Shown here one piece after another: positions 29,337-38,694 of a stretch of 64,000 nucleotides of DNA (its first letter is position 1; each line of letters starts with the position of its first letter). The DNA is from a phage. The notes under the pieces are model-generated. The model was not told where the DNA came from and ran no database searches. It worked only from the letters and a program-made list of their open reading frames with translations. The stretch lies in assembly GCA_020241125.1 (NCBI GenBank), contig GCA_020241125.1_4708.1; one strand, written 5' to 3'. A program made the position numbers and the translations under genes.

Positions 29337-30621
29337 TGCTGGTTTCCTCAAGTTCGAGATGCGCGTCAAGATAATCATTAAGACCGTCGATGACGTCGCA
29401 GACAGTTAACAGGAATCGGGCAAAAGCAACCGCCTGGAAGCCGACGACGTTACGCGCGATACCCACACGTTGAACGATAGCGGATGCGGTGGTATCGTCG
29501 TTGTCCATCTGTTGTAGCAAACGCTCGTAAGGTTGAATCCATTCGTCCTGGTCGGCAAGGCCTGCTTCAAGACAACGTTTAAATTCCAACTGTCGTAGCG
29601 TAGACCATAATGTACTTAATGCGTTGATGATTGTATTGGTTCCGTCGATAACGTCGTTCAACGGTAAGAAACGGAATCCGTCTTTTGCTGATTGGAACGG
29701 TGCAGCCTCCCACACAACGCTGAATTGTGTTCCTGTTGCGTCTTCGATGTTGTGTAATTTAAGGTAGGAAGCACCAACAGGTGCGTCAACGACGATATCG
29801 TCTGTTCCGGTAGGCTTTAACGGCTTCTCGCATAACGCGTCGTTGATGACTTCGAGGATATTCTCCCAACAGGCTTCGTTTTCTGCAGCGATACCTTCTT
29901 TGTTATCCGCTGATGGTGCTTTTAGTAGCTGCATTAATAACGGATCGAGTTGACGATGCCATGCTGCGAGGATTCCTGTGTTCGTTACGATGTTTTCTGC
30001 GGTTTGTCGTAAATCAGCAATGCTGCTTACCGCACCGCCTTTCGGATGAAGATATCGCCAGTTGTAGGGAAAGTTCTCCCAGAATGCGTTATCTTCATCG
30101 ACGTCGTATTCGGAAATAGTTTTCAACGCAGCCGCTTTCTTTAATAACGGCTTCACCTGACGAACGAATCGACGATAACAGCGATTACAGATATCGATCG
30201 CATAGCGGTATAATTCGTTCATGTAAAGCCATAACGCTCGGGTTGCTTCTTTTGCGGTCTTGTCAAAACTTTCCATGTTCAAGCTCATCCCGCTGGAAGT
30301 TTCCTCTTCCAGACCCTCGATGATTTGGTTTGGGTCCATTCCCATTCCGGCTGCTGCGGTTGTTGCGATATGTTTGATCGTGCTGATATCGCGTTCTTCA
30401 ACTTCAGCCATGTTTGGGACAATATCCAGCCGGAGTTTATTTAATGTTTGAAGGTGTTGTTCACCTTCTTTCATCACCGTGTTTGTTTCGTCGATTGAGT
30501 GAAACTGATTCTCAATATTACTGGCATCGAGAATGTTGCCAGCGATACCGAACGATTCTACAGGTTCATCATCAATCCCTTGAAACAACGATGTCATGGG
30601 TTGTTGCAACACGTTTTCCAT
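29320..30621 (-). CDS. hypothetical protein, paralog family member (433 aa)
   Basis: ORF; N-terminal module RDISTIKHIATTAAAGMGMD resembles 30771 and 32070 products. Confidence 0.8.
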   Translation of the reverse strand: MENVLQQPMTSLFQGIDDEPVESFGIAGNILDASNIENQFHSIDETNTVMKEGEQHLQTLNKLRLDIVPNMAEVEERDISTIKHIATTAAAGMGMDPNQIIEGLEEETSSGMSLNMESFDKTAKEATRALWLYMNELYRYAIDICNRCYRRFVRQVKPLLKKAAALKTISEYDVDEDNAFWENFPYNWRYLHPKGGAVSSIADLRQTAENIVTNTGILAAWHRQLDPLLMQLLKAPSADNKEGIAAENEACWENILEVINDALCEKPLKPTGTDDIVVDAPVGASYLKLHNIEDATGTQFSVVWEAAPFQSAKDGFRFLPLNDVIDGTNTIINALSTLWSTLRQLEFKRCLEAGLADQDEWIQPYERLLQQMDNDDTTASAIVQRVGIARNVVGFQAVAFARFLLTVCDVIDGLNDYLDAHLELEETSNAADL

Positions 30622-30721
30622 TTGGGACTCCTACGTAGGAAAATCTTGGCGGGTGATCATGTCCGCCATTTACCTTCTGAACCGTTGATTCAGAAGTCAA
30701 AAGATAACCGGATACCAACGC

Positions 30722-30764
30722 CATAAAACCTTCCTCCAACCCAACAGGGAAGGAGGAAGGGATA
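30722..30764. terminator. GC-rich palindromic hairpin family member
   Basis: CCTTCCTCCAACCCAACAGGGAAGGAGGAAGG after stop of 30771..32060. Confidence 0.5.
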
Positions 30765-30770
30765 TAGTGG

Positions 30771-32060
30771 TTATGCTTTTTCGGTTACAGCGTCGAAGTA
30801 TTTCGCTGCAGCAAATACAGCATCCGCATATTGGCGTATCGAAGCGCGAAGAATCTTGGTTGACAATACAGTACTTAAGCGCGCCATTTCAGAAACCGCG
30901 CTTACATAAGGACGGATGGTTTCACGATCGGCTTCAGGCAGCTTGTCGAGCATATCACCCCACTTCGTTTTGATTTTCATGCCGTTGAGTTTAGCGGTAC
31001 GCTCCACAGAACCGGCCAAAGCTTCAACCATGTGGAAATAAGAGGAGTCTATCGTACGGAACACGTTAAGATAGGAAGTCAATGCACCTTTCAGTTCGTT
31101 ATCGTCTTTGAAAATGTTTGCGTTCTCTATCTCACCGGTCACCGTCGTCTCGGCTTCAACCCGAATATTTTTCACCAACGTATAGGCTTTAATCGCATCG
31201 TGTTCGTTTTCGACGGCGTCGAGACCTTGAATAACGAATTCCTTCCCACCGCTCTCTGGAAAAACAACTTTATTCAGAGCTGATTTGATCGCCAGCAGGT
31301 ATTTGTCTAAGATAGACGGAAGCAGTGTGAGGTCAGTGAGGTCTGCGACCTTTTTATTGATATCAGCCACATGCTTAAACAGTGAATCCGTCCCGCTTGC
31401 GCTTGCAGCGAGTTGTTCGATATGCTTGCTTGCAAACACGGCATTCGCTGATTTAGCATTAGGGAACATATTGACCATATTTCCAGTGGGCTTATCCAAC
31501 TGTTTGATATGGCGCTCACCTTTATTCACAGCGGTTGCGATCTTGACAATTTTGTTGTATGCAACGACCAGGTTCTTGAACAACATCTGGAACAGTTTGA
31601 ACAGTTGCTCAGCGATATTCGCAATGATTACCCAAACTGCGTATAACGCTTGTGCTGCGCGTTCTTTAAAGCCTTCCAGCACAATAGCTTGCCCTTCCAC
31701 CAAACGATCGTCAGCTTGGAACATGTCTTCATCGGACATCCCCAGGTTAGCCGCTGACGTCGAAGCAATCTGACGGATAAGGGCGATGTCGCTCGCACGT
31801 GCTTCAGGGATCGTAGGTGCGATCATGTACGCGGTATCTTCCAGCGTTGCTGAGGTACGCACCGCAATTTCAGCCAGTTCGCTGGATTCGTCGATCGTCT
31901 CGTCGGTGCGTCGAACCACCAACTCAACTTCGTCCTCTTCGATTTCTGCGTTGGGATCATTTTGCTCCGCTGGAATTGCCGCAAGAAGATCTTCGGCGCT
32001 GAGCAGTGCGAGTTCGAATGCGTTTTTATTGACGTTATCAAAAAGAGAGATGCGGGCCAT
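30771..32060 (-). CDS. hypothetical protein, paralog family member (429 aa)
   Basis: ORF; ARASDIALIRQIASTSAANLGMSDED...VEGQAIVLEGFKE module. Confidence 0.8.
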   Translation of the reverse strand: MARISLFDNVNKNAFELALLSAEDLLAAIPAEQNDPNAEIEEDEVELVVRRTDETIDESSELAEIAVRTSATLEDTAYMIAPTIPEARASDIALIRQIASTSAANLGMSDEDMFQADDRLVEGQAIVLEGFKERAAQALYAVWVIIANIAEQLFKLFQMLFKNLVVAYNKIVKIATAVNKGERHIKQLDKPTGNMVNMFPNAKSANAVFASKHIEQLAASASGTDSLFKHVADINKKVADLTDLTLLPSILDKYLLAIKSALNKVVFPESGGKEFVIQGLDAVENEHDAIKAYTLVKNIRVEAETTVTGEIENANIFKDDNELKGALTSYLNVFRTIDSSYFHMVEALAGSVERTAKLNGMKIKTKWGDMLDKLPEADRETIRPYVSAVSEMARLSTVLSTKILRASIRQYADAVFAAAKYFDAVTEKA

Positions 32061-32069
32061 GTTAGTTCC

Positions 32070-33410
32070 TTAACCTTTGGTATAAGCTTTAACGAGAGTG
32101 TTGATAAATGAGGTCAATGCACGAAGATATTGGTAAGCGAATTGGTTTTCAATACGGTTCTCTTTACCGCAAAGCAGAATCGCGCGCTTAACGAGCTTAG
32201 GATAGATCTCAACGTACGGTTGGTAGCTCGCATCAAAATTCTGCTCGTTGAAGCGTTTCATGGTAACGTATTGGATGCGTTCCATGGTACGGATTTTATT
32301 ACGAGAGAATATCTCAGAGAAAGCACGCCCACGTTTTGTTACCATCAACAGATCTTTCGCGAACGTCAGTTGTCGAACGCTACGCAAATCGTCAGGTGTC
32401 GGCAGGACGTACGTTTCCGGGTCACTATCCCATTCAACATCTTCAACGACAATATCCAAATCGAGGTAACGTTTAACCGCATCGATGATATTGTCTTTTG
32501 ACGCATCGAATTCTTTCAAGAAGACTGCACCGTTGACGTAGCGGATGCGTTTTCCGGAAACCGTTGGGGTGATAACGTCAGTACCTTCCACGGAACCGCG
32601 ATTTTCCAGTGTCGATTTGACAGCGTTCAAGAAAGTCAGATAATCAACGGGAAGTTTTTCAACTTTATCTAAATGGAAGTCGATGATGTTTAATCCTAAC
32701 CCATCAATAACTGAATAACCGTCCGATTTAAGGAACATCTGATTGAAGGTATCGATGTTGCTTTTCAGCGCGTCTACACCACCAACGTTGTTACGGTTAG
32801 GGAAAAGTGTCCGCCACTCCGCTTTAAACGCAACTTCTTTATTTTCCTCGTATTTGCCTTTAGGCATTTGTTCGAGGTCTGCAACGGCTTTCTGAAAATT
32901 GCGCGTCTCGTCGTAAACAAGACGGGTAAGCTTCTCGAAGGCTGCTGCCAGAGTCAGGGCAATATCAACGATGATATCCCAGATCTTTTTCATGGCTTTT
33001 ACAACGGTGTCCTTAAACCCTTCAACAACCAAAGCTTCTCCAACCTCAACACGATCGGTTGGGGTCAGCAATGCTTCGGAGGGTAGACCCAGAGCAATCG
33101 ATGCGGATTCTTGAACGTTACGAACTAATGCAACGTCACTGTAGTTAGCCGATTCGATAGTCGGAGCAACATCAAAACTGATTTCCCGCAGTGCAGCAAC
33201 AGCAGGGAAAGCACGATCAAGTGCATCTTCATGTTCGTCGATTGTCGCTAAACGTAATTCAACACCATCGGCGTCGATGACTTCAGTGGTAGGCTCCACG
33301 GCAAGCGCCTCAGCAACAATAGGATCTTTTTCAAACGCCTCAAGGCTGATATCGCCCTGGGTCGCAAATAGCGGTATGTGTACCATGTGTTGTCTCCAGT
33401 AATGATTCAA
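32070..33410 (-). CDS. hypothetical protein, paralog family member (446 aa)
   Basis: ORF; ANYSDVALVRNVQESASIALGLPSE...VEVGEALVVEGFKD module clearly aligns with 30771 product. Confidence 0.8.
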   Translation of the reverse strand: MNHYWRQHMVHIPLFATQGDISLEAFEKDPIVAEALAVEPTTEVIDADGVELRLATIDEHEDALDRAFPAVAALREISFDVAPTIESANYSDVALVRNVQESASIALGLPSEALLTPTDRVEVGEALVVEGFKDTVVKAMKKIWDIIVDIALTLAAAFEKLTRLVYDETRNFQKAVADLEQMPKGKYEENKEVAFKAEWRTLFPNRNNVGGVDALKSNIDTFNQMFLKSDGYSVIDGLGLNIIDFHLDKVEKLPVDYLTFLNAVKSTLENRGSVEGTDVITPTVSGKRIRYVNGAVFLKEFDASKDNIIDAVKRYLDLDIVVEDVEWDSDPETYVLPTPDDLRSVRQLTFAKDLLMVTKRGRAFSEIFSRNKIRTMERIQYVTMKRFNEQNFDASYQPYVEIYPKLVKRAILLCGKENRIENQFAYQYLRALTSFINTLVKAYTKG

Positions 33411-33426
33411 AAGATAAACCTGAGCG

Positions 33427-33472
33427 GCATAGAACCCTCTCCCAACCCGTAAGGGAAGGGAGAGGGGATATG
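33427..33472. terminator. GC-rich palindromic hairpin family member
   Basis: CCCTCTCCCAACCCGTAAGGGAAGGGAGAGGG (core identical to copy at 19496) after stop of codon-optimised 33489..34811. Confidence 0.5.
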
Positions 33473-33488
33473 TCAGTTTATTAACTGA

Positions 33489-34811
33489 TTACTGCTGTGC
33501 TGCGTCAGCCGGTTTCTCAGCCGCCTGGCCGCCGTACTCTTTCAGCATTTTAGCAACGCCATCCAGGACAGCGTTACCTGCCTGAACACCGTATTTCATC
33601 AGACCGGTCTGCGGGTTCACGTAGCAGGAACGTGCGTCTTTCAGTGCAGACAGTACAGCTTGAACACGCTGTTTTTCCTGAGCGGAAACTTCGCCTTTCT
33701 TAGACAGATCGGCTTCCATATCGTCACCGAATTTAACAGCGTCTTTGAAGCCCTGGGATTTCTTACCGATGTTGCCTTTCAGCGCCAGCAGTTTGTCGGC
33801 CAGTGCTTCAACACCGCTAACCGCAGCAGCCAGCTGATTCAGGGACAGGACGGTAGCTTCAACTTCTTTTGCTTCGCCAGAGCGTTCCCAGGTTACTTTA
33901 CCATCATTGGCTTTGAAACCCCAACCTGCCGGGCCAGCAACGTCAGCAATCGCCGGAGCGTTCAGTTTATCAGCGTACTCGGTGTGAGATTTAGCAACAA
34001 CGGTACCAACGAATTTATCAGCACGATCGTCAGCAGCCTTCATTGCTTTCTCGAAGGTGTCAGCGATTTTGGTCGCGCCGGTAACCAGATCATCACCACC
34101 GATGTAACCAGAAACGCCGCTACCCAGTTTAACTTTGGTATTTTTAGCAGCGCCTTTACGCTTGGCGATCATTTCTTTCAGTTTAGCAGCACGTGCTTTC
34201 AGTTTGGTCGCGCCGTCGAAGATGCGATCCATGAACTTCACGAAGGTTTCCCAGGAAGTCTTCAGGAAGTTCTTGATGGTTGCCCACAGTTTCTGCCACC
34301 ATTTTTGTTCTTCCAGGAAGATCATGTTGGTTGCATCGTAGCGGGAAGCGGAACCACCGAAGCTTTCGAAGGAAGGCATGGTTTCCGGCAGTTTGAAACC
34401 GATAGTACCACACAGACGTTTCAGATTACGCATGTGTTCTTGCGCGGTCTGTGCAGACATACCACCGTCTTTCAGGTAGCTTTCGGTTGCAACAACGGTT
34501 TCCGTCAGTTCATCCATGGCTTCGTCCATGGCTTCTGCGGTTTCGTCGTCTTTTGCAATTTCGATAACAACAGCATCAACCTGCTCGATATCACCACGAA
34601 CTTCGATAGCCAGTTCGGTTTCAGCTGCGGTATCTTCAGCGATTTCAGCACGTTCGGTCAGTTCAGCCACAACGGTTTCATCCGCTGGTGCAGCATCAGC
34701 TGCCGGTTCTGCTTCAACGGTTGCCGCTGCATCCGGGTCGATCTCAGCAGCCAGTTGAACCAGCTGTGCGTTAGATGGATTTGCGACAAGACGATCAAAA
34801 ATAGAAGGCAT
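33489..34811 (-). CDS. abundant virion or scaffold-like protein with acidic Ala-rich N-terminal region (440 aa)
   Basis: Host-optimal codon usage like the MCP gene; N-terminus rich in A/E/D/T; function inferred. Confidence 0.75.
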   Translation of the reverse strand: MPSIFDRLVANPSNAQLVQLAAEIDPDAAATVEAEPAADAAPADETVVAELTERAEIAEDTAAETELAIEVRGDIEQVDAVVIEIAKDDETAEAMDEAMDELTETVVATESYLKDGGMSAQTAQEHMRNLKRLCGTIGFKLPETMPSFESFGGSASRYDATNMIFLEEQKWWQKLWATIKNFLKTSWETFVKFMDRIFDGATKLKARAAKLKEMIAKRKGAAKNTKVKLGSGVSGYIGGDDLVTGATKIADTFEKAMKAADDRADKFVGTVVAKSHTEYADKLNAPAIADVAGPAGWGFKANDGKVTWERSGEAKEVEATVLSLNQLAAAVSGVEALADKLLALKGNIGKKSQGFKDAVKFGDDMEADLSKKGEVSAQEKQRVQAVLSALKDARSCYVNPQTGLMKYGVQAGNAVLDGVAKMLKEYGGQAAEKPADAAQQ

Positions 34812-34875
34812 AATTTGTTTCCTTTACAATAAATTGCACATTAGCTAATGCGGCTTAAGTGAACCGTCAGCTCAC

Positions 34876-35406
34876 TTAAAAGCCCTTAAAACCCGGTGCC
34901 ATAGGTTGCCCAAACACCGCATTCAAAGTACATATGATGTCCTGGATGCCATTGTCCCAATGGAGCCAAGTACGCACCATCTCTTCGTCTGACAACGTGA
35001 TATAACTCATAAGTTTACCGCTGCTTTCCAGGCGTTGGTGTGAACTTAACGACTGACGATCTGACCAGTTATCAATCAATTGACCAGCAATCTGAACGTT
35101 CGTGTCTCGTCTACCCGTGTGAATGAACCGTAGCGTATCACGGATAAACTCCAGACTGGTGAAGTTCAGATTTGGGTTATGGCTGTTCATTTCCACCCAA
35201 TCGGTGATGGGGTACATCAAACGATAAAGGGTAGAAAGAACCTGGCGTTCATATTTCCAGTCATCGAGAGGAGTACCGTCGACCAGACGCTGATACAAAC
35301 TAACAACGTCACGATCGTAGTTCTCCTGGCGTTTTACACCGTTAACCGGAAATCCGAAGAACCCGGTACCGTATAACGTTAAAGGGACGTCACGAAGTGC
35401 ATTCAT
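34876..35406 (-). CDS. hypothetical protein (176 aa)
   Basis: ORF; 4-nt overlap with upstream gene. Confidence 0.65.
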   Translation of the reverse strand: MNALRDVPLTLYGTGFFGFPVNGVKRQENYDRDVVSLYQRLVDGTPLDDWKYERQVLSTLYRLMYPITDWVEMNSHNPNLNFTSLEFIRDTLRFIHTGRRDTNVQIAGQLIDNWSDRQSLSSHQRLESSGKLMSYITLSDEEMVRTWLHWDNGIQDIICTLNAVFGQPMAPGFKGF

Positions 35407-36305
35407 ACAGCCGCCTCTTCTTTTCGTTTAATATCATAACGAAGTTTCTTCAGTCGCTCTTCGTGATATTCGATCTGCTGCTGGATTTTTGGATCGTTGC
35501 CCGCATTCTGCTGTTTTTGCTTCAGTGACAAAATCCAATACTCCAACGCTTGGGCTTCTTCTTTGGCTGCTTGTAACGACGCTTCTTCACGTTCGCTGCG
35601 CCAGATGCGATAACGGTAAATAAGCGTGTTGGTCATTTGAGTGTCGGACCATGAGCCCATACGCATCGGGTCAGTATTACCCGCGTTGTACAATCCATTA
35701 CCAACACCGTCTTCATCAGAAACCACAACATCCGGGATTTTATCCAACCCAGCAAGGATCTGTTGTTTCTGTCCACACAGCACCTCGGTGGCGATGGCGA
35801 AACCGTACATGTTGGCGGTCAGGTAAGCAATCTCGTTTTTGGTGAAGAACTCACCAAGTGCTTTATCACCACCTGGCATGCTTTCGCAGATGACCGTCGC
35901 ACGAAGCAGCGTACGAGCGTAGCTAACGTAGAAGCCCAGGGACTCAACAAGACGTACCAGAGCGGCTTCTTTGAAACTCAGACCGTCAGCAGCAACATCG
36001 ATTTCCAGGTTTTTGTTAACACGTTTAACAATTTCTGGAATCAGATCAACAGCATTACGTAGCGCTAAGTGAACGTTTTCTACCCAGCTTCCAGAGCGAA
36101 CGCGGGTTAAACGCTGGTGCAGATCCTTATCAGCAAGTTTCCATAAGGCGCTTTCTCCCTTTTGGAGAAGCGAAGCGGATGTCTCGTAGTAAGGAATCGC
36201 GGTGTTGTTGATTTCGTCACGGATTGATTCAAGTGCGTCAGCAACACCGGTGCGTTTAAAAAGCGGCTTCAAACCGCGAATGAATTCTTTAAAATCGATT
36301 GCCAT
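35403..36305 (-). CDS. hypothetical protein (300 aa)
   Basis: ORF. Confidence 0.75.
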   Translation of the reverse strand: MAIDFKEFIRGLKPLFKRTGVADALESIRDEINNTAIPYYETSASLLQKGESALWKLADKDLHQRLTRVRSGSWVENVHLALRNAVDLIPEIVKRVNKNLEIDVAADGLSFKEAALVRLVESLGFYVSYARTLLRATVICESMPGGDKALGEFFTKNEIAYLTANMYGFAIATEVLCGQKQQILAGLDKIPDVVVSDEDGVGNGLYNAGNTDPMRMGSWSDTQMTNTLIYRYRIWRSEREEASLQAAKEEAQALEYWILSLKQKQQNAGNDPKIQQQIEYHEERLKKLRYDIKRKEEAAV

Positions 36306-36344
36306 GAGTGAGCACCTATGCTATTTCGAAACAGGTTGCGTATA

Positions 36345-37451
36345 TTAACGAATCTGTGGGACGTTTCCGGTACGGAGCGCCTGGAGGATCGTCAGGAGAT
36401 CGGAACCCGAGGTTGACGAACTGTTGGATTTTTCCAGCTGCTTGAAGCTTACGGTGGTCCCTTGATCCAAGCTGTGGAAATAGAAGGTCACCATCTCTTC
36501 AGCTTCGTCGATGATGATCAACTGCATTGCGAGGGCTTCAGCCATGACTTTCTGACGTGTGGTATAATCAGATAAACGACGTCCGATCTTACGCTCGATG
36601 GCTTCCTGGTTAGCCTTAGAGATGATATAGGTGGAGGCGATGGCTCCAGAAGAAGGGATCTTTGTGCTCGCTGCAGCTTTTGCGGCATTGATGCGCGCAG
36701 CATTAACAGCCTTACGGATACCCTCTTTATCCATGCGTGAGATTCGTTTGTGTTCGCGAACCAGATCGCTAAGCAGGATCATATCGCTCCAGAAAGACAG
36801 CTCACCGGCCATCATGCGATGCCAACGTGCTCGCCAGGTGTTCTGTGGGCCGCCAATCGCTAAAATCGACGCAAGCACTTCCGCTGGAGAGCTTGCAATA
36901 CGCATGCTGATGTTCAACGGCATTTTCATCGTTGCCTGACCATCGGTCAGCGTCACGGTTAAGAACTTGCCGGTGACCGCGTTTGCATCTTTGTTCAGCA
37001 ATTCGATCGCCGCGTCGCTGGCTCCAACATCGAGGCTATTTTTTTGTTTCCCCTGTAGGTTGAATCCTTTGTCATCAAGGAAAACAAGGCTTTTGCTATC
37101 CGCACTTTCCAGCGCTAATTTAACGGCCTTATCCATCAGGTTAGCGTTACGGTTTGGGTTCACACGACCCAGCGTTTTATCGACACTGATGTTACCCACC
37201 TGCATGATGGTATTCAACGCCAGTAAATAGAACCCGGTATACATGTTTTCAGCGGTGCGCATGCAGTTGCCTAACGCATTGCGTGCGTCGCTATAATACA
37301 ACTCACGTTCAAAGATCAACGGCGCGATAACGCGTGAAGGTTGTGAGAGTTCAACCAGCGAACCTGGCTGGATAAGTTTATTAACTTCGTAGACTTTAGC
37401 GATACCTGACGCAACAACATTAACAGCGTCGGCAATTTCTGATGCTACCAT
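36345..37451 (-). CDS. hypothetical protein (368 aa)
   Basis: ORF; divergent from 37486 gene. Confidence 0.75.
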   Translation of the reverse strand: MVASEIADAVNVVASGIAKVYEVNKLIQPGSLVELSQPSRVIAPLIFERELYYSDARNALGNCMRTAENMYTGFYLLALNTIMQVGNISVDKTLGRVNPNRNANLMDKAVKLALESADSKSLVFLDDKGFNLQGKQKNSLDVGASDAAIELLNKDANAVTGKFLTVTLTDGQATMKMPLNISMRIASSPAEVLASILAIGGPQNTWRARWHRMMAGELSFWSDMILLSDLVREHKRISRMDKEGIRKAVNAARINAAKAAASTKIPSSGAIASTYIISKANQEAIERKIGRRLSDYTTRQKVMAEALAMQLIIIDEAEEMVTFYFHSLDQGTTVSFKQLEKSNSSSTSGSDLLTILQALRTGNVPQIR

Positions 37452-37485
37452 ATTGAAATCCTTATTTACAAATAAAGGAAAGAAA

Positions 37486-38691
37486 ATGTCTAATTACTAC
37501 GACCAAGCTATTCAAACCATTCAGGAGAATAATGCGTCGTTAACACCCGAAGCTGTGGAGGCAGCGGGCAATGCGGTGTTATTCACTGATTCGGATTGGG
37601 CAATAGCGCGGAAGAATATTCGTACCAGTGTCGGTCAAGGGACATACGAGGACAGTATCGCCAGACGGTATCGGAATGTGTCGCCTATTCCTGGTAACAG
37701 CCCGATCCCGATTAACCGCGATCATGCCGGTATTACCTTCTTCACACGACCTAATTTACATCTTACCGACGCGAACTTAAAACGAGATCGACGTTTGTGG
37801 TCGTTACGTACGGATAACCCTAACAGTATTCAGGCTGTTGTCCGTGACTACTTGGACCCTGTGGGTGCCAGAAAGCGGAACCATCGAGGACGTGCCATCG
37901 TCGATGAGCGCAATCCATTCATAAGTATACTGACGGACAACCTGACGGATATCAGCGGTTTCAATGACATGGAAATGCAGGTCTATCAGGGTAAACCGGG
38001 ATTACGCCAAGAAACCGTTGTGATGGCTGACGGTTCAGTGGATATGTTCCAGCCTTATAACCTGAACGCGACGTTCAAGAACATCATGGGTAACCCCATC
38101 ATGTTCCTTCATTATATTTGGTTGATTTACATCGCAGGCGTGCATAATGGTGAACTGACGCCAAGCCCTCAGGCCATCATCGACAATGAAATGGATTACT
38201 GGACAAGATGCTATCGTATCATCCTGGATCCGACTGGGATGTATGTTCGTTATATCTTCGCACCGACCGCGATGTTTCCTGTCGGGTTACCGATTGGTAA
38301 TATGGCTAACTACAGCATCGATAAACCCTTCACGCAAGATAACGAACGTATCACTATTCCATATCAGGCGGTTGGTAACAACGCGTTCGATGAGATTCTG
38401 AAGGATGAATTCAATCGACTTGTCCTGATGTTCTATTACGGTGAGAACGATACCCGTACGTTCCTTGAAGATGAGGAGCTGGTACCTATCTCACCCTACG
38501 AGCGTCGAATCATGTCGTATCGTGTCGATATGTATCCATTTATTCATCCGTTGACCTCAGAGCTTCTTTGGTTCGTACCCGCTGATGATTACAACGAATT
38601 CTATCTGGATCTTGAGCCGTCGGCGTTACCACCGGATACGTTCAGTCGCGATCTTGTCCGTACCACCATTCCGCAAAATTACGAGGGATAA
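37486..38691 (+). CDS. hypothetical protein (401 aa)
   Basis: ORF-track start is TTG 37453; ATG 37486 has AGGA SD 6 nt upstream. Confidence 0.75.
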   Translation: MSNYYDQAIQTIQENNASLTPEAVEAAGNAVLFTDSDWAIARKNIRTSVGQGTYEDSIARRYRNVSPIPGNSPIPINRDHAGITFFTRPNLHLTDANLKRDRRLWSLRTDNPNSIQAVVRDYLDPVGARKRNHRGRAIVDERNPFISILTDNLTDISGFNDMEMQVYQGKPGLRQETVVMADGSVDMFQPYNLNATFKNIMGNPIMFLHYIWLIYIAGVHNGELTPSPQAIIDNEMDYWTRCYRIILDPTGMYVRYIFAPTAMFPVGLPIGNMANYSIDKPFTQDNERITIPYQAVGNNAFDEILKDEFNRLVLMFYYGENDTRTFLEDEELVPISPYERRIMSYRVDMYPFIHPLTSELLWFVPADDYNEFYLDLEPSALPPDTFSRDLVRTTIPQNYEG

Positions 38692-38694
38692 TAA

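Noticed and set aside
33660-34832. 390-aa plus-strand ORF
   Set aside because: Antisense shadow of 33489..34811; Cys/Phe-rich nonsense composition.
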